Source of the DNA: Eledone cirrhosa
Taxonomy: Eukaryota
Assembly: GCA_964016885.1 (NCBI GenBank)
Contig: OZ024743.1
Location: 347,386,001-347,450,000 of the forward strand
Direction: 5' to 3'
Length of the DNA: 64,000 nt
Shown: piece after piece, positions 43,404 to 57,804 of the stretch
Numbering within the stretch: position 1 is the first letter of the stretch
How the letters are laid out: the number at the start of each line of letters is the position of its first letter
Notes under the pieces: generated by a model
Database searches by the model: none
Told to the model about the DNA's origin: nothing
What the model saw: the letters and a program-made list of their open reading frames with translations, nothing else
Translations under genes and position numbers: made by a program

Positions 43404-43719
43404 TAACACCAACAAAAACAACAGTAGGTACACACATTGACAAACACAAATACACATATATATGTGTGTGAGTGACTGCGTTTGACTGAGTGTGTATATA
43501 TGTGGATGTGTATGTAGGTATATGATTAGGAAATCCTGTCACTAGAATATACAAGACTCAGATGAAATGCAACCGCCCAACGAAACTTGCACAGCTGCTG
43601 TTTGCCATATCAACAACAATATTTTCTTATATATACTGTAAATAAATATATATATATACACACACACACATATTAATAAATATATAAATAAATAAATATA
43701 TGTATGTATATATATATAT

Positions 43720-44340
43720 ATTGATTGGTCAATGTTAGACCATTCAAGAGAATACCAAAGGGGCACAAAGAAATGTTCTTTGTACACCACGGAAAAATTT
43801 AGAATTCTCAAAAACTTGAAAGCCCCTTCCACGTGCCTCAACTCCAAGACCGAGATCTTCAGATGTTGTCCACATCTGAAATCGCATCTACTTTTTAACT
43901 GGATTGACATTCCTACGATGACTCACCAACCTTGAGCTTCTTCTTTACGCCTCCCACTCACCACCAATATTTTTACCCTAAGAACTCATACTTCTTATCC
44001 ATATATACTTTTTCTCCCTCATCTTCTATATCTCTTTATATATATATTTTTTGTATTATTTAAACATTTTTTTCAGTTGACTTATAACCCCCACCCTACT
44101 TTCTACCTTACCCTTTACGCATACACAACCACCACCTTTATCCTTTACTCAGTTAACTCTTTAACCAGATACTCTTATCTAGATCTCATCGCAAAACTTT
44201 TACAAAACTTTTTTCCCTTACCTATTCTTAATACTTGTGTTTATTATTTCAATTTTACTCCCCTTTTGTCCTTACTCACTAGGGTTTCATGTTCTCACAT
44301 AGGGCTGTGTGCGGGCGCATTTGCAGACAGATTCAAGTGT
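43720..44340 (+). mobile_element. 3' fragment of a third PLE family (GIY-YIG C-terminus plus UTR)
   Basis: REYQRGTKKCSLYTTEKFRIL......CLNSKTEIFRCCPH parallels the C-termini of PLE A and B. Confidence 0.7.
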
Positions 44341-44506
44341 ACATACATTTATAGTATTTTGTTTATTTATTTTTACGCGTGTGTGTATGTGTGTATGTGT
44401 GTATGTGTGTATGTGTGTATGTGTGCGTGTATGTATATGTATATATATTTATATATGTATATATATATATATTTATATATGCATATATATATATATATAT
44501 ATATTT

Positions 44507-44630
44507 ATAGGAACGAGTAGGACCCCGAGTAGGGGTCCTACTCGTTCCTATTACCCACACTACTACCCTAAGTATTGAGTACTTTGGTGCGTTATGGTTC
44601 ACCTGGTTCCTTACCACATTTCTTCCGTTA
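44507..44630. mobile_element. Family W fragment with a 20-bp-arm hairpin (44507-44551)
   Basis: ATAGGAACGAGTAGGACCCC-gagta-GGGGTCCTACTCGTTCCTAT. Confidence 0.8.
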
Positions 44631-44638
44631 TATATTTA

Positions 44639-44722
<84 letters not shown>

Positions 44723-44833
44723 TGTGTACGTATGAAATGTGCGTGGGTATGTATGTGTGTATCTATATATGTATATATATATATATGTATGTGTATATAT
44801 TTATATATATATAAGTGCGTGTGTATGTATTTG

Positions 44834-44898
<65 letters not shown>

Positions 44899-45381
44899 TT
44901 ATGTGTTTGTATGTATATATATTTATGTGTGTGAGTTTATTTATGTTTATATTAATTTTATATATGGTTCTATGTATGTGTTTACGTATATAGTTGTGTG
45001 TATGCATTTGTATATATGCTTTTGTTTTTGTCTGTATAGTGTTACGTATGGTTTTGTATTATGTGCGAGTGCGCGCACGCATGTGTATACGTTTGTACGT
45101 AGGCTTTGTACCAATGCTCTTTTTTGTCGGGTTTATGTGTGTGTTAGTATATTTGGTTGTATGCATGTTTTTATATACGTGTGTATTCGTATTTTACACA
45201 CATGTGTATGTGTATGTGGATATGACGTATGTTTATTTTATATTTTATATTTTTATATTGTAGTGTATATATATGTGTGTGTGTATATATGTATATGTAT
45301 AAACACATACATTTGTGTATGTGTTTTTATATGTGTGTGTATGAGTGTTTGTGCATGTTTTTGTGTGCGTGTGTATGTATG

Positions 45382-45412
<31 letters not shown>

Positions 45413-45826
45413 ATTTTATATACATATATATTTATGTATATGCACACCTCGTGTATTTGTTTATTTTTAATTGTTTCCCCCCCCCCTCTCACTTATTGTT
45501 GTTAACACGTATCTTTTATTTTTAACTTTATTTTTTGTTCTTATTCATTTATTTATTTAATCTTATTACTTAATGTATATGTATGTGTATGTATTTTGTC
45601 CATGCCTGTAGATACATATACCCTTATGTAACAAAGTATACGTCTACGTACTTTTTAAGTAGATGCGCGTGGTTGACTGTTTGTATGTTTATATATTTAT
45701 TGTTTTCATATATATGTATTTTTCTTTTTTTCTCTCTCCTTCCTCTTCGCCCGTTGTTTCCTCAGCCTCACATTCATATTTCTTATATTTTGTTTTCAAA
45801 TCCATATTTAATAAAAACACCATGTT

Positions 45827-45891
45827 TTATTCATTCTGACTACTGAAAACAGATATATCTGCTTTCAAGAAACCACTGGTATATGAAATAA
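45827..45891 (+). ncRNA. Hammerhead-like motif with a G8-to-T change, probably at the 3' end of the 43720 PLE
   Basis: TTATTCATT-CTGACTA-C-TGAAAACAG-atatat-CTGCTTTCA-A-GAA-ACC-ACT-GGT-A-TATGAAATAA. Confidence 0.55.
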
Positions 45892-45914
45892 TTATATTAT
45901 GTTGTTTATTACAA

Positions 45915-45959
<45 letters not shown>

Positions 45960-45968
45960 TACATATAC

Positions 45969-46290
45969 ATTAATATAGACAATGAAGATTATTTTACATG
46001 TATTTAGATTTGTTATTGAATATCGATCTGTTATGCGCGTTTCGTGGAGGATTGTCTCTGGGTTTACTCATAGACTTTATGGACCCGAATCATTTAAAAT
46101 CTGCTCTTCCGACTGAGGATTCGACAATCAGTATGACGCATCGCCAGTCTCAAGAGCAGATCGATAATAGAGTCGTGTCCATAACTTCTATGGGTGACTC
46201 TGAGCCTGTCCTCTGCGGAACGCTCCTAACAGGTCGATACACAATAAAAATCTAAATACATGTAAATGATATATCATCGTTGTTATTAAT
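45969..46290 (+). repeat. ~320-bp imperfect rod-like hairpin
   Basis: Arms ~45993-46115 and 46145-46266. Many differences between arms are G.U-compatible on the + strand. Confidence 0.8.
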
Positions 46291-46362
46291 ATATACGGCC
46301 TGCCAGTGCATAGAGTGCTTGTTTTAATACCACGACCAATATTTCACTGCATCGCATACACA

Positions 46363-46487
<125 letters not shown>

Positions 46488-46499
46488 TAGAGAGAGAGA

Positions 46500-46966
46500 G
46501 AATTAGTATATCTACCAACATATGTATACAGATGTATACCCATGCTAGCAAATATACATGTTATGTCTTAGTACCTTTGTGGTTCTATACAGGGGGATGC
46601 AGAACAATTATATGAAAGACGTAAAATAAGAACATTTAAAAAATTAAAAATTAAAAATTAACTTACTAAAATTTCACTCCAACTAATTAGTTTCTGTAAG
46701 GGAACAAATATAGTTACGTAACGTAACTATAGAGAATTCCCTACGTCATCATGGCGTCTTTTCTCAGCTAAGTTCCCAAGCATTGCGTGGACTCTAGGAA
46801 CCCATATAAAAATAATAGCTGAGAATAGACTCCCTGATGACGTAAGGAATTCTCTATAGTTACGTTACGTAACTATATTTGTTCCCTTACAGAAACTAAT
46901 TAGTTGGAGTGAAAATTTTAGTAAGTAAGTTAATTTTTAATTTTTAAAATGTTCTTATTTTACGTC

Positions 46967-46975
<9 letters not shown>
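46500..46975. mobile_element. Family Z fold-back (arms 46609-46770 / 46816-46975)
   Basis: Inverted duplication homologous to 12430-12715, ending at (TA)n. Confidence 0.85.
46829..46910 (+). ncRNA. Type I hammerhead ribozyme with extended stem II
   Basis: ACTCC-CTGATGA-C-GTAAGG...CCTTAC-A-GAAAC-TAATTA-GTT-GGAGT. Confidence 0.8.
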
Positions 46976-47029
<54 letters not shown>

Positions 47030-47630
47030 AATACACCTCCGTTCTATCCGCTCTTCTCGCTTCTTGTTATTCCTGTCAGATTTATGTCTTACCATTTTTG
47101 GAGGTTAACATTTTCCCTCCTACTTTCTTTCTCTCCCTTTCTCTCTCTCTCTCTCCTCCCAATCTTTTTACGTCTCTCTTTCTCACACTCTCTCTCTGCT
47201 CCCTTACTACTTCCGTTTCCTTCATCTCTTTCTCTCTCTCTCTATATTGCTCTCTCTCTCTCTCTCTTTACGTCCGTTCTCACCTGGAACAGATGTGAAT
47301 CTCTTACATCCCTCGCTGTTAATAAGGTCCTGGGCTTAATCCTAGCTACCTATTTTAAATTTGTCCTCTTTCCCCTTGGTTACTCCACTGTCCTGTGTCT
47401 CTTCCTCTCTATCGGAATGTGTTTACGTCTTTTTTCTCTCCTTTCTTTCTCTTCCGATTTTTTTACATCTCTTTTCCCTATCGTCTCTTTTTCGTCTTTT
47501 CTTCCCTAATAACATCTAAATTATCATCGCACTGCGGATAGATGTGTTGTCCTTAATGCGCCGAAACATCTGAGACCCACAGCAGACAACTGATGGGGGG
47601 AAATGTCTATCTCTATGTTTTCTTTACTTT
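47030..47630 (+). mobile_element. Diverged family X unit
   Basis: ATAAATACACC start, pyrimidine-rich body and CAGCAGACAACTGATG end. Confidence 0.55.
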
Positions 47631-47653
47631 CTAAACGCTCGTTATTAGTAAGG

Positions 47654-47843
47654 GGCGGTAGATTGGCAGTATCGGTAGAGGGTCGGACGCCATGCTTTCC
47701 AGCATAGTTACGTCCCTTTACGATCTGAGTTCAAATCTCGCCGAGGTTGACTTTGCCTTTCATCCTTACGGGTCGATAAAATAAAGTACCAGTAATGCAC
47801 TGGGTAATTGCTGGCCTTGTGCCTAAAGTAGAAACAGTTATTA
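47654..47843 (+). mobile_element. tRNA-derived SINE
   Basis: Same family as 12797. Confidence 0.85.
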
Positions 47844-47870
47844 GTAACCACACATTTTTGTCTCTTTCAA

Positions 47871-47979
<109 letters not shown>

Positions 47980-48218
47980 ATATATATATATATGTTAAAC
48001 AGAAATAACAACACAATCGGTAAAGTATATGGAAGGAATATTTATGTGGGTGTGTGTTTATGTGAGTCTGTGTGTGCGTTTAATATATTTTTTTTCGGTG
48101 CAGTGGATATATTAGATCTAGTTACTACCCTTGACAACGAAAATTGCATAATTGACCCGAAACAAGTAGCTAAGGACTGGATGGATGCATGAATAGTTGG
48201 ATCGATATAAATATGTGT

Positions 48219-48285
<67 letters not shown>

Positions 48286-48486
48286 CGTGCGTGTGGGTGT
48301 GTGTGCGTGTGGGTGTGAGTGTGTGTGTGTGTGAAAAGCAATCATTGAATATTTATGGAAACTGACTGCTCCTGTGCTATGTTAGTGAAAGAGAAAATAT
48401 GTCTGAACGAGATTTAGAGTTAGAACACGTGTTAACAAGGCACTCATTAGGAGTCTTAAAATGTATGGTTTAATTTGTAGAAATGT

Positions 48487-48674
48487 AATAATTGTTTCTA
48501 CATTTGGTACAAGGCCAGCAATTAACCAGTGCATTACTGGTACTTTATTTTATCGACCCCGTAAGGATGAAAGGCAAAGTTAACCTCGGCGGGATTTGAA
48601 CTCAGACCATAAAGCGCCGTAACTCTTTGCTGCAAAGCATGGCGTCCGACCCTCTATACTGCCAATCCACCGCC
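48487..48674 (-). mobile_element. tRNA-derived SINE
   Basis: Reverse complement of the 12797 family. Confidence 0.85.
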
Positions 48675-49075
48675 TTGTAATAAATGTTTCCTTGTAATAA
48701 TGTTATAGAATGTGATATGTTATAAATATAAGTGTGTTATGTATTCGACAGTTCATATTTAATACAGGCTAGTTGAGTGCAGTGTGGATTTTCGAGAAAA
48801 TAAAAGACGAAGACAAATGTCATTCAGTGTCGTGTGTTAGTATGCAGTATTTAGGTGGGTGGCCAGATGGTGTCAATGGAAATTAGATGTTCAGACCGTG
48901 ATTTTTTCATGATGAATATAAGTACCTCTTGATATGTAAGGAGTGCTTAAATCAATATCTTCTAATTCTTAATAATTTTCCAAATTATTTGAAAGTTATA
49001 TTTAATGTCATTCATTACAAATATAATAACGAAAAAACTAAAATGGTGTTTATTTATTCATTTATTTTTAAATAG

Positions 49076-49223
49076 TGAAATGGTGTGGAGTGGAGTTGAA
49101 AGCTTTGCTGATTTCGATAGTGCGCTTGGGTTTGTTTCTATCGCTAATTATCCACCTCATGGAGGATACGTAGGAATAAATTATCTTCCAGGAGTACTTA
49201 CTGAATACTTTCCTATGTTGAAG
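49076..49223 (+). CDS. Candidate 148-bp exon (EMVWSGVESFADFDSALGFVSIANYPPHGGYVGINYLPGVLTEYFPMLK)
   Basis: tttattcatttatttttaaatag acceptor, AAG|gtgaaa donor, 49 open codons and higher GC than the flanks. Confidence 0.4.
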
Positions 49224-49536
49224 GTGAAAATGATTGTCTAAAATCTTCTTACCTAAGTTAGTCTTTTTTTAGGGAGTAGAGGAAGATAACCAGAATATTT
49301 TCTTTTTCTATTTTTACGTCTGTTGTGTCGGGGTGGTGTGTGCGTACTTAATATTGTAATCGCAGCAGCAGTGTAGAATAGATTTGTTGTTGTAGGTTGC
49401 TTTTTTGTCAGAAGATTCCTTTTTGTGTATGGTGTCCTCGTATGACAGTGCTGATGTGGGCGAACTGGTTGGTTTATATATACTTCATGCACTTAAGAAT
49501 ACACACACATACGCACACACACGCATATATATATAT

Positions 49537-49630
<94 letters not shown>

Positions 49631-50079
49631 GTGAGTGTGTATAATACTCGGGTGTTTCACAGAATAAAACAATAAAATACATCAGCCATAATTGAGAATA
49701 TTCTATTCGATATTCGAAATGATTTGTTGCTGCACCATTCTGACCTGATCATCCTTTGCATCATTATTATTAATTAAGAAAGACCCCCATGTAGCTAATA
49801 CAGAAATCATTATTAATTAAGAAATAGGCTTGAAAATAAAATTTCAAAAAGTACAAACATTATATGAAAAAATAAATAGTATTTGGCAATGGTATTTCAT
49901 GTAATCTGATGAACACGTATCATTTCTATAAATTTCAAGCTATTTTATGATTTTTACTTTTTTCGTAGAAAATTATAATGAAAAGAAAAAAGCATGTAGA
50001 TATTGAGAAAAATAAAATGAAATTTTTACATAAACTCATATATTAACAGATTAATATTTTATTACATACGTACCCATTG

Positions 50080-50167
<88 letters not shown>

Positions 50168-50914
50168 TTCCTTGTAGGTTTTTCGCACATGTAAGTATAT
50201 ATATATATATACGTGTGTATGTGAATAGTTGTAAATAGATGAGAAAGGAAACTATAATTTATTTCAAAATACCTTAATCATATAAGTAAAAGTTAAGTTT
50301 TAGGGATTGGTTTACATTTAAAGTAAAGTAAAAACAAAACAACAACAACAACAACAAAGACGAATGCAATTTCGCAATTAATGGCTTTTTTGTTTTCTCT
50401 AAACTAACCATGTTTTTCTCTGTGAGATCTTGAACAAATTGAAACATACAACTTTTCCAAGAACACATTAAAAAAAAGTAATATTAGAACTTTCTGCCTT
50501 GAAAATATATATATATATAAATATTTATATATTTATTTATTTTTTGTTTTTTGCGCAGTCTGTCAAGAAATGATGCACTAGTTCAAATCGCTGTCTCGCC
50601 ATCACTAACGTTTTATGAAGTACGTGTACAGAAAGTATTTTTAGGCATTTATTCTATTATATCTGTATATAATAATCGGCACACAAGTTTTTCTTTTCTT
50701 TCAACTGTCTTTTTTTTCTTTCAAATATTAAAACGTTACCACGTGACGCATGATTAAATTTTAAATATTTCAAAAATACATTAAATCTGTCTCATGTTGG
50801 AGTCTCATCAAGCTGGTGGGTATCTCGATTTTCTTTGGCATTAAGCGACTGAGAGACCAGAAAACAAGAAAATACCCTGGATAGAACGCCAACTTAGCGC
50901 AGGATAACTCCCGC

Positions 50915-51060
50915 AACTGCCGGTACTCATTTTCAGCTGAATGTACCTAAAGAAAACGAAATTAAATGTTTTGCTCAAGAACACAATCCGAAAGCCAGTC
51001 CAGGAATCGAACCCACGAAACTTTGTTCGTAAGCCCAAACTATGTACTAAGCCATGGGCC
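50915..51060 (-). mobile_element. Second tRNA-derived SINE family, diverged
   Basis: Minus strand GGTTCGATTCC B box followed by TTCTTGAGCAAAACATTT...CAGCTGAAAATGAGTACC. Relics near 23560 and 54350. Confidence 0.65.
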
Positions 51061-51859
51061 TTCATTGTAAGTTTTTGTATTCGTATTATCATAGTTTAAT
51101 GGTAGAGAGAATGTTTTCAACTTCGTATTACGTTTCAAATGACTTATTATATATTGCAGTAAAAGGGCTAATCCGTCACTAGTTTGATTGCGCGTATTTG
51201 AGCATTGATTTCCCTTTTCTCGGGTAGGTAACATATGTAGCAGAACTGTGTTACGATCGATTCAATCAATAAAATTTCTGAGAAAGTAGGTCTCACTTAT
51301 CATTTTTTTTTTACTGTTTAATCTGGCATTGAAAGGCAGTGCACAAGGTCCTTTTTCAGCGTCTACGAGACTGGGATAAAGGAAAGTATCATCACCTCCC
51401 TACCTCTCCAAATAACTTAAGTCGATAACTTTGAATAAGTTACACTATCTTTGCAGTTGTTAGAGATCAACTCCAAGTAAGCGGGGTTACAATGTAAAAG
51501 CAACTAACAAAATAGATTACTTTCAGAAAATCAGCCAATAGGAAGATAAAAACTGAGTGAATGAGAGTGGACCTTGTTTTTTAAAAGCCAAACATTAAAT
51601 TATTTCCTGCTTCAAGATCAAAAGATAATTTTTAGCATCTAAGATATATTTTATTCACTACTTGTTTAAAGGCAACCTTAGCGTGGAAATATTTCTTTGA
51701 TTTTAACTTGAATTTTTTACTGGTTTACTGCTTATTATTTTATTTCGGCTAGATATATTCATAATCATCCCCAAATTAATCCTCAGCTGTCAGACTCGAA
51801 TATGTACATACAACTGAGAACGTAGCTTTCCCAAATGTTTAATCGATTCCGTTTGCAAT

Positions 51860-51990
51860 CATTAGGTTCCGGGTTCCTTCCCACTGCAGGGCAACTTGGT
51901 TAAGTGTAATTTACTATAGCCTCGGGTTGGTTGACCAAATCCTTGTGAGGGAAATTGGTTTGACGGAACCTGTTTAAAAGTCTGTCGGAT
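51860..51990 (+). mobile_element. Third SINE family, diverged
   Basis: GGTTCCGGGTTC...CCCACTGC...TACTATAGCCTCGGG...GACCAAA..CTTGTGAG. Confidence 0.6.
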
Positions 51991-52852
51991 GGACTGTACT
52001 TGAAATTCAATGGACCAGCCTTCTCACATACTAGGTCATCCTAAATCAACCCGAAAATTAAGTTAAGTGTTCTCGTACCTGTGGAATGAACAGTTACCTA
52101 CATTGATTAAACAATTGAAACATGTAATGTCGAAACCGTCTAAAGTTCATTCCCCCATACACCTCTTTGTTTTTAACCTGAATGTTTAACCATTTTTAAA
52201 ATATGCTGATTAATTTGGTAGCTAATGCATCTTATTTCAATTAGTCTAGATATGTATCATACATAATCACCTTTACATAATCACGCAGATTAAAGACCTG
52301 AAAATGTGCGATTTTTATATCCAGAAATTTCTTAATTTCTACAAGTGGGTTCTGATCACAGAAACCTCTAAAGAGACATAACTAAGCATCGACAGGCATT
52401 ACATTTCAGATTTCAGCTCACCAGTCACTCTTATGATTAAATAAGAAAAATATGGTGTATGTGCATGTGGTGTGAGCGTATATGTTTGAGATAGAGAAAG
52501 AGAAAGAAAGAAAATGAGAGAGAGAGGGAGAGAAATAAATACGTGGAGAGTAGGTGTGTAGTCTCAGATGTGATTAGTAAATTACTTTGTTATGAATATG
52601 AATTAACATGAACGAAGTTAATTAAAACATTAACTTCCATAAACCTGATATTTCATTCATATTTCATTACTTAGAATATGTTTCATTAATGTTATATATC
52701 CAGTAAAAATTCACACGCACATACACAACCATACATAGGAATATGTTTGTGCATATGGGTAAGTATACATGTGTGTGTGGGTCTGTGTCTGTGTGTGTGT
52801 GCGTGAACGTGTGTGTAAATATATAAATAAATGCACATGCCCCCCCCCCCCC

Positions 52853-52894
<42 letters not shown>

Positions 52895-52941
52895 GAGATA
52901 GATAAAGATAGATAGAGATAGAGGGGGGAGAGAGAGTGAGA

Positions 52942-53021
<80 letters not shown>

Positions 53022-53319
53022 CATATATGCGTATATATATCAATGGTTTATTTTCTCCCACGCTGACTCTAAACTCACCTGCGTCTTGTCCAGCTCGTTA
53101 CATTTACATGTAAATTTTCCTCCTTTGTTCTTGTTTGTTTCTTTCTCATTTGCGTTCTACGTCTTATGTTTCATATATCACTTTCGCTTGCCATTCCTTG
53201 TGGGACTTTGTTTTGTGTTGCATTAACTTTCCATACTCGTCTTCGTATTTCTGTTACTTTTTCAGTTCCATCATTCCATTTTTTCTGTTAGTCAAACCGA
53301 CGCGGCCGAAACAACCAGC

Positions 53320-53700
53320 ACAACCGATGTCACCATCACAACTTTCCCTCAAAACTCGACCACCGTCACCACAACAAGCACCACCATCATCACTACCTCC
53401 ACCACCAACAACACCCCACCGTCACCACCACAACAACCACCATCACCACCACCACCATCACCACCATCACCACTACCTTGACCACCATCACAACCAACAC
53501 AAACAACACAAACAACACTACCAGCGTCACCACCACCACCACCACCACCGCCACCACCACAATCATCATCACCATCACCACCATCACCACTAGTTCCACC
53601 ACCATCACAACCAACAACAACAACAACAGCAGCAGCAACAGCAACAACGATATCAACAACCATCATCACCACTACGACATCTAAAACACTATCATCAACC
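53320..53700. repeat. (CAC/CAT/CAA)n low-complexity tract
   Basis: Direct reading. Confidence 0.9.
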
Positions 53701-55013
53701 TGTTTCAGCCATGGGTAAGCATAATATTATTTAGTTGATAACAATGGTAATTAGGTTATGAATATATTTATATATATTTACTAGATATTTTTTTTTTCAA
53801 ATAATCTGTGACAGATGGTGAATGTTCATATCTGTATGGTTTTCTAGCGTTATCAAAACTGTCTTTAAATCACACAGAAGCTTACCTTATGTATATGTGT
53901 AGCACCTGCGTCGGTTTAGACGACGAGTGTTACAGTTGCTCAATCAACTGAAGAGTCTCCTCATAATATTGACGTTTATGATGGTAAACATTCCATATGC
54001 AAGTGTACCGTTCACATAGTTCATTTTTCCCAGCTGAGTAGCATGGAATAACGCCCCTCAGATTATCGAACACACGATTTTACGATCTATCGTGAACCGA
54101 ACACTCTAACCATTGAGAAATTCACCTACACTAAGCATACATATTTACGTGTACTCTGACACAGGTACAGAGATAAATACTGCTGGACATCCATTGGTTC
54201 CGATGTTCTAACTTCTAGTTGTTTAAACAAAGGAACTGCCTGTTTGTTACATTAATGTATAAGAGGCTGAGAATTTCACAGACATATCTACCCTTAACGC
54301 TATTCTCAGGGAGTTCAGCGCCACACTATGTGTCAAAGCTGGTCCTGTGAATTAGAAGTACAACTCATATTTTCCATCTGAGAGGACTGGAAAAACAGGA
54401 CATAAAATGTTTGCTCAAGCACACAATACGCCGCCGTTAATTGAATTTAATACCTTAATATCATGGGAGAAATACCCTAAACACGTGTATGCAATAAGAA
54501 AGAACTAACAAAATTAACACACATCTTCTAAATGCATTCGATTAGCAGTACAAGGAGGATTCGTAAGATACTGCAAAGATGGTTTTGTTTCCTTGAATAA
54601 ATACGTGGGCTATGAATACAATCCCCGTATGCAAAAGAGATATGTCTAAACATAAAATCAGTACAATTATAATACAATCGCCTGTATATATGTTAACACT
54701 AGCTCACTTATTTACAAATACCTAAAACTTTATTGGCTTAAACAAAATGTTTATTTATTTCTTAGTGACTGGCTTCATTTCGAAAAAGAACTGAAATAAA
54801 TCATGAAGAAATCGTACGCAGAGACACACACAGACACACACAGACAGACAAATACACACACATACACGCACACACGCGCGCGCACACACACTCACACGTA
54901 TATATATATATATATATAGATATATGCAAAAGTTCTATTTAAAATTGTTGGGATACAACAAGTAAATATTTGTATAACTGATATAAAGCACTCGACAAGT
55001 ATTTGGAGTAGAA

Positions 55014-55265
55014 ATACGATATTAATAAATGGAAACTATATTTATAAAACCATATTTATTTCATTATACATATTTCAGGGATACCAAATTAAATTATGGT
55101 ATGCCTTCATCAGACAAAATACAATATATAACATATTTGTAAAACTGTTATATATTGTATTTTGTCTGATGAAGGCATACCATAATTTAATTTGGTATCC
55201 CTGAAATATGTATAATGAAATAAATATGGTTTTATAAATATAGGTTCCATTTATTAATATCGTAT
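55014..55265. repeat. Palindrome with 120-bp arms and a 12-nt loop, carrying a hammerhead on each strand
   Basis: 55014-55133 is the reverse complement of 55146-55265 with one mismatch. Confidence 0.95.
55158..55222 (+). ncRNA. Type I hammerhead ribozyme (mirror copy on the minus strand at 55057-55121)
   Basis: TATTTTGT-CTGATGA-AGG-C-ATACCA...TGGTAT-C-CCT-GAA-ATA-TG-TAT-A-ATGAAATA. Confidence 0.78.
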
Positions 55266-55442
55266 ATATATAGATATATATTTATTTAGTTTTGTTGGTT
55301 CACCACTGGACAGAATAGGTCATTCCCTATGGTCAATCTTGAAGTAATATTATGGAGAGTACTCAACGTAGTGCAGTTCACCCGTCTTCGTTTGTGTAGT
55401 TGGTGGTGCTAATACGGAGTTAATTATTATAAATAAAACAAC

Positions 55443-55581
55443 AGGAGGCTGGACCTGTGTAAATCCTTGAAAAGTTTATTATACTATGATCATTTCAATG
55501 ACCGGGTTCATACGGAACCCAGTCATTGAAATGATCATAGTATAATAAACTTTTCAAGGACTTACACCAGTCCAGCCTCCT
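55443..55581. repeat. Fold-back hairpin with ~65-bp arms
   Basis: TCCTTGAAAAGTTTATTATACTATGATCATTTCAATGAC and its exact reverse complement. Confidence 0.9.
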
Positions 55582-55588
55582 ATTTTAT

Positions 55589-55620
<32 letters not shown>

Positions 55621-55624
55621 CATA

Positions 55625-55790
55625 ACAAAGAAGGTGTGGTAAGAAACCAGGTGGACCATAACGCACCATAGTACTCGATACTTATGGGAGTAGAGTGGGT
55701 AACAGGAAAAGAGTTCATGGCCTTGACGGCTGAGCTCCGCCCGTTTCGACAGCTAGATCGGAACTCCAGCCGTCGGGGTCCTGACTCTTT
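55625..55790. mobile_element. Family W copy
   Basis: Homologous to 22416-22545, with an internal hairpin. Confidence 0.75.
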
Positions 55791-55825
55791 TCCTACACAC
55801 ACACACACATACACATACCCACACT

Positions 55826-55909
<84 letters not shown>

Positions 55910-56114
55910 GAACATGTGCGAATCCCATGTAGTAACTGTGACAAACATTAGCATAGAAAATCTGGTAAAAGATCCCTAGGGACGGATGATATGACATTCC
56001 AGTACTTTAGCTCCTAGACTTTCAAACTTGTTTATAAGCGCATGTATAACTAAAAACACATACATTCATATATAATCACAAACATGAATTATCTAAAAAT
56101 TAATTACTGAAAAT

Positions 56115-56212
<98 letters not shown>

Positions 56213-57701
56213 ATAATATGTTAATATTTAAATATAATAGGGTCATTATACAACTTATTATTATACATTTTAAAGGTTGTAAAGTCTATAAACTGTACAT
56301 ACTTTCCATCCAACGCCTGCCGGTTTCCGGCCTCGATTTATTTAACGGAACCCAAAGCTCCTGCCTCAGGAAAGATAAAGTATTGCTAGTTCGATATGGA
56401 GTTTCAGTTTTTCTAACCTCCATATTCTTTTACACGTGCACGCATGCGCGGTTACATGTGTATAGCACACCCTCTCACACAATCACATTTATTCACTCAC
56501 ACTACACCTTTATATACATGCCAACAAACATACACAGCTCAACAAATACCTAAACGCTCTCATGACTCGGCAATACGTGGATATCCACACCGTTGTTCGC
56601 ATCTGCGATACAAAACGCAAAATGTAGCCTTCTAATAGCCTAAAAACATACATACAGACATACACACATACACACATACATACACACTATTATCACACGC
56701 ACAGACACCGCGGCATCCTTCACGCGTGCGCCTTACGCCTGTTTTCTTTCTCTCTTCATATATTTCTATGTTCGTATATGTATGTGAGTGTGTATACGTA
56801 CTATATGCAAGTATATGTATATAATAGCTTTTACATGTAGACGTTTGCTTTGCTATATGCATTACAATATGCACCCCACACACTCATACACTATTCTAAT
56901 TATCCATATCACTTGTGTGTTCGTGTGCATATGCTACCTGTGTGAGAGAATATTTATATGCAGGACATAGTGCTGGGACCGTCCTGGCCTTGAAATAAAA
57001 TGTTTCGCAGCATTTTCCGACTCCCTTTCATATCCTAGTTCCTTTAATCCAGAAGTCCAGATATCTGAGTTTGTCGGTTACAATGTTTTAGATCTATAAA
57101 TGATTTCTACTGTATATTTTGCGTTGTCCCTCTGAACCATAAGCAATATATAGGAATTGGAAACTTGCATGCTTATGCCACTGTCCTTCTGACTCTGTAC
57201 GCGCGTGTGTGGATGTGTAAATATATGTACGCATATAGGATTGAACGTGCTTACATATGTCCCTAAACAGATATTTTCAGACCGACATATGTTCGCTTGC
57301 AAAAAACCTTAGTGTGTCAGCCTCACTCTACATTTATCAACTACTTACGCTGAGTAGCTGAGGCGTATAAACATAAGCATGCATATGCAACAAAAATTCA
57401 TAATAACCTTGAAATACAAACAGGGTCTGACACCTAGTGTTGATACATGCGCAGTTTTGTAGAAACACACACATTCACATACATTTATTTTGTTAATTGA
57501 TGCTCATCTGTCCTGTCATATCTCTTCAACACTAGCCTCGTTTTGAAATGTTTATCTTTTAAGATTGCTAAATGAGAGAGAAAAGAACAGACTTGCCTTT
57601 CCCTTTTTCTCCCATTTTTCCTCTCGTCTATCTTCCTGATTTTCTCTGTTGTAAAGAGGCGCTTTTTTCTCCCTATTTTTTCTCAATTTCTCTCCCTCTC
57701 C

Positions 57702-57804
<103 letters not shown>

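Noticed and set aside
53135-53684. His/Pro/Thr-rich ORFs
   Set aside because: Trinucleotide low-complexity tract, open in most frames, with no convincing splice or homology support.
51456-53717. Possible micro-exons (cag...gtaagc at ~51459-51478 and ~53710-53715)
   Set aside because: Too short to distinguish from chance in AT-rich DNA.
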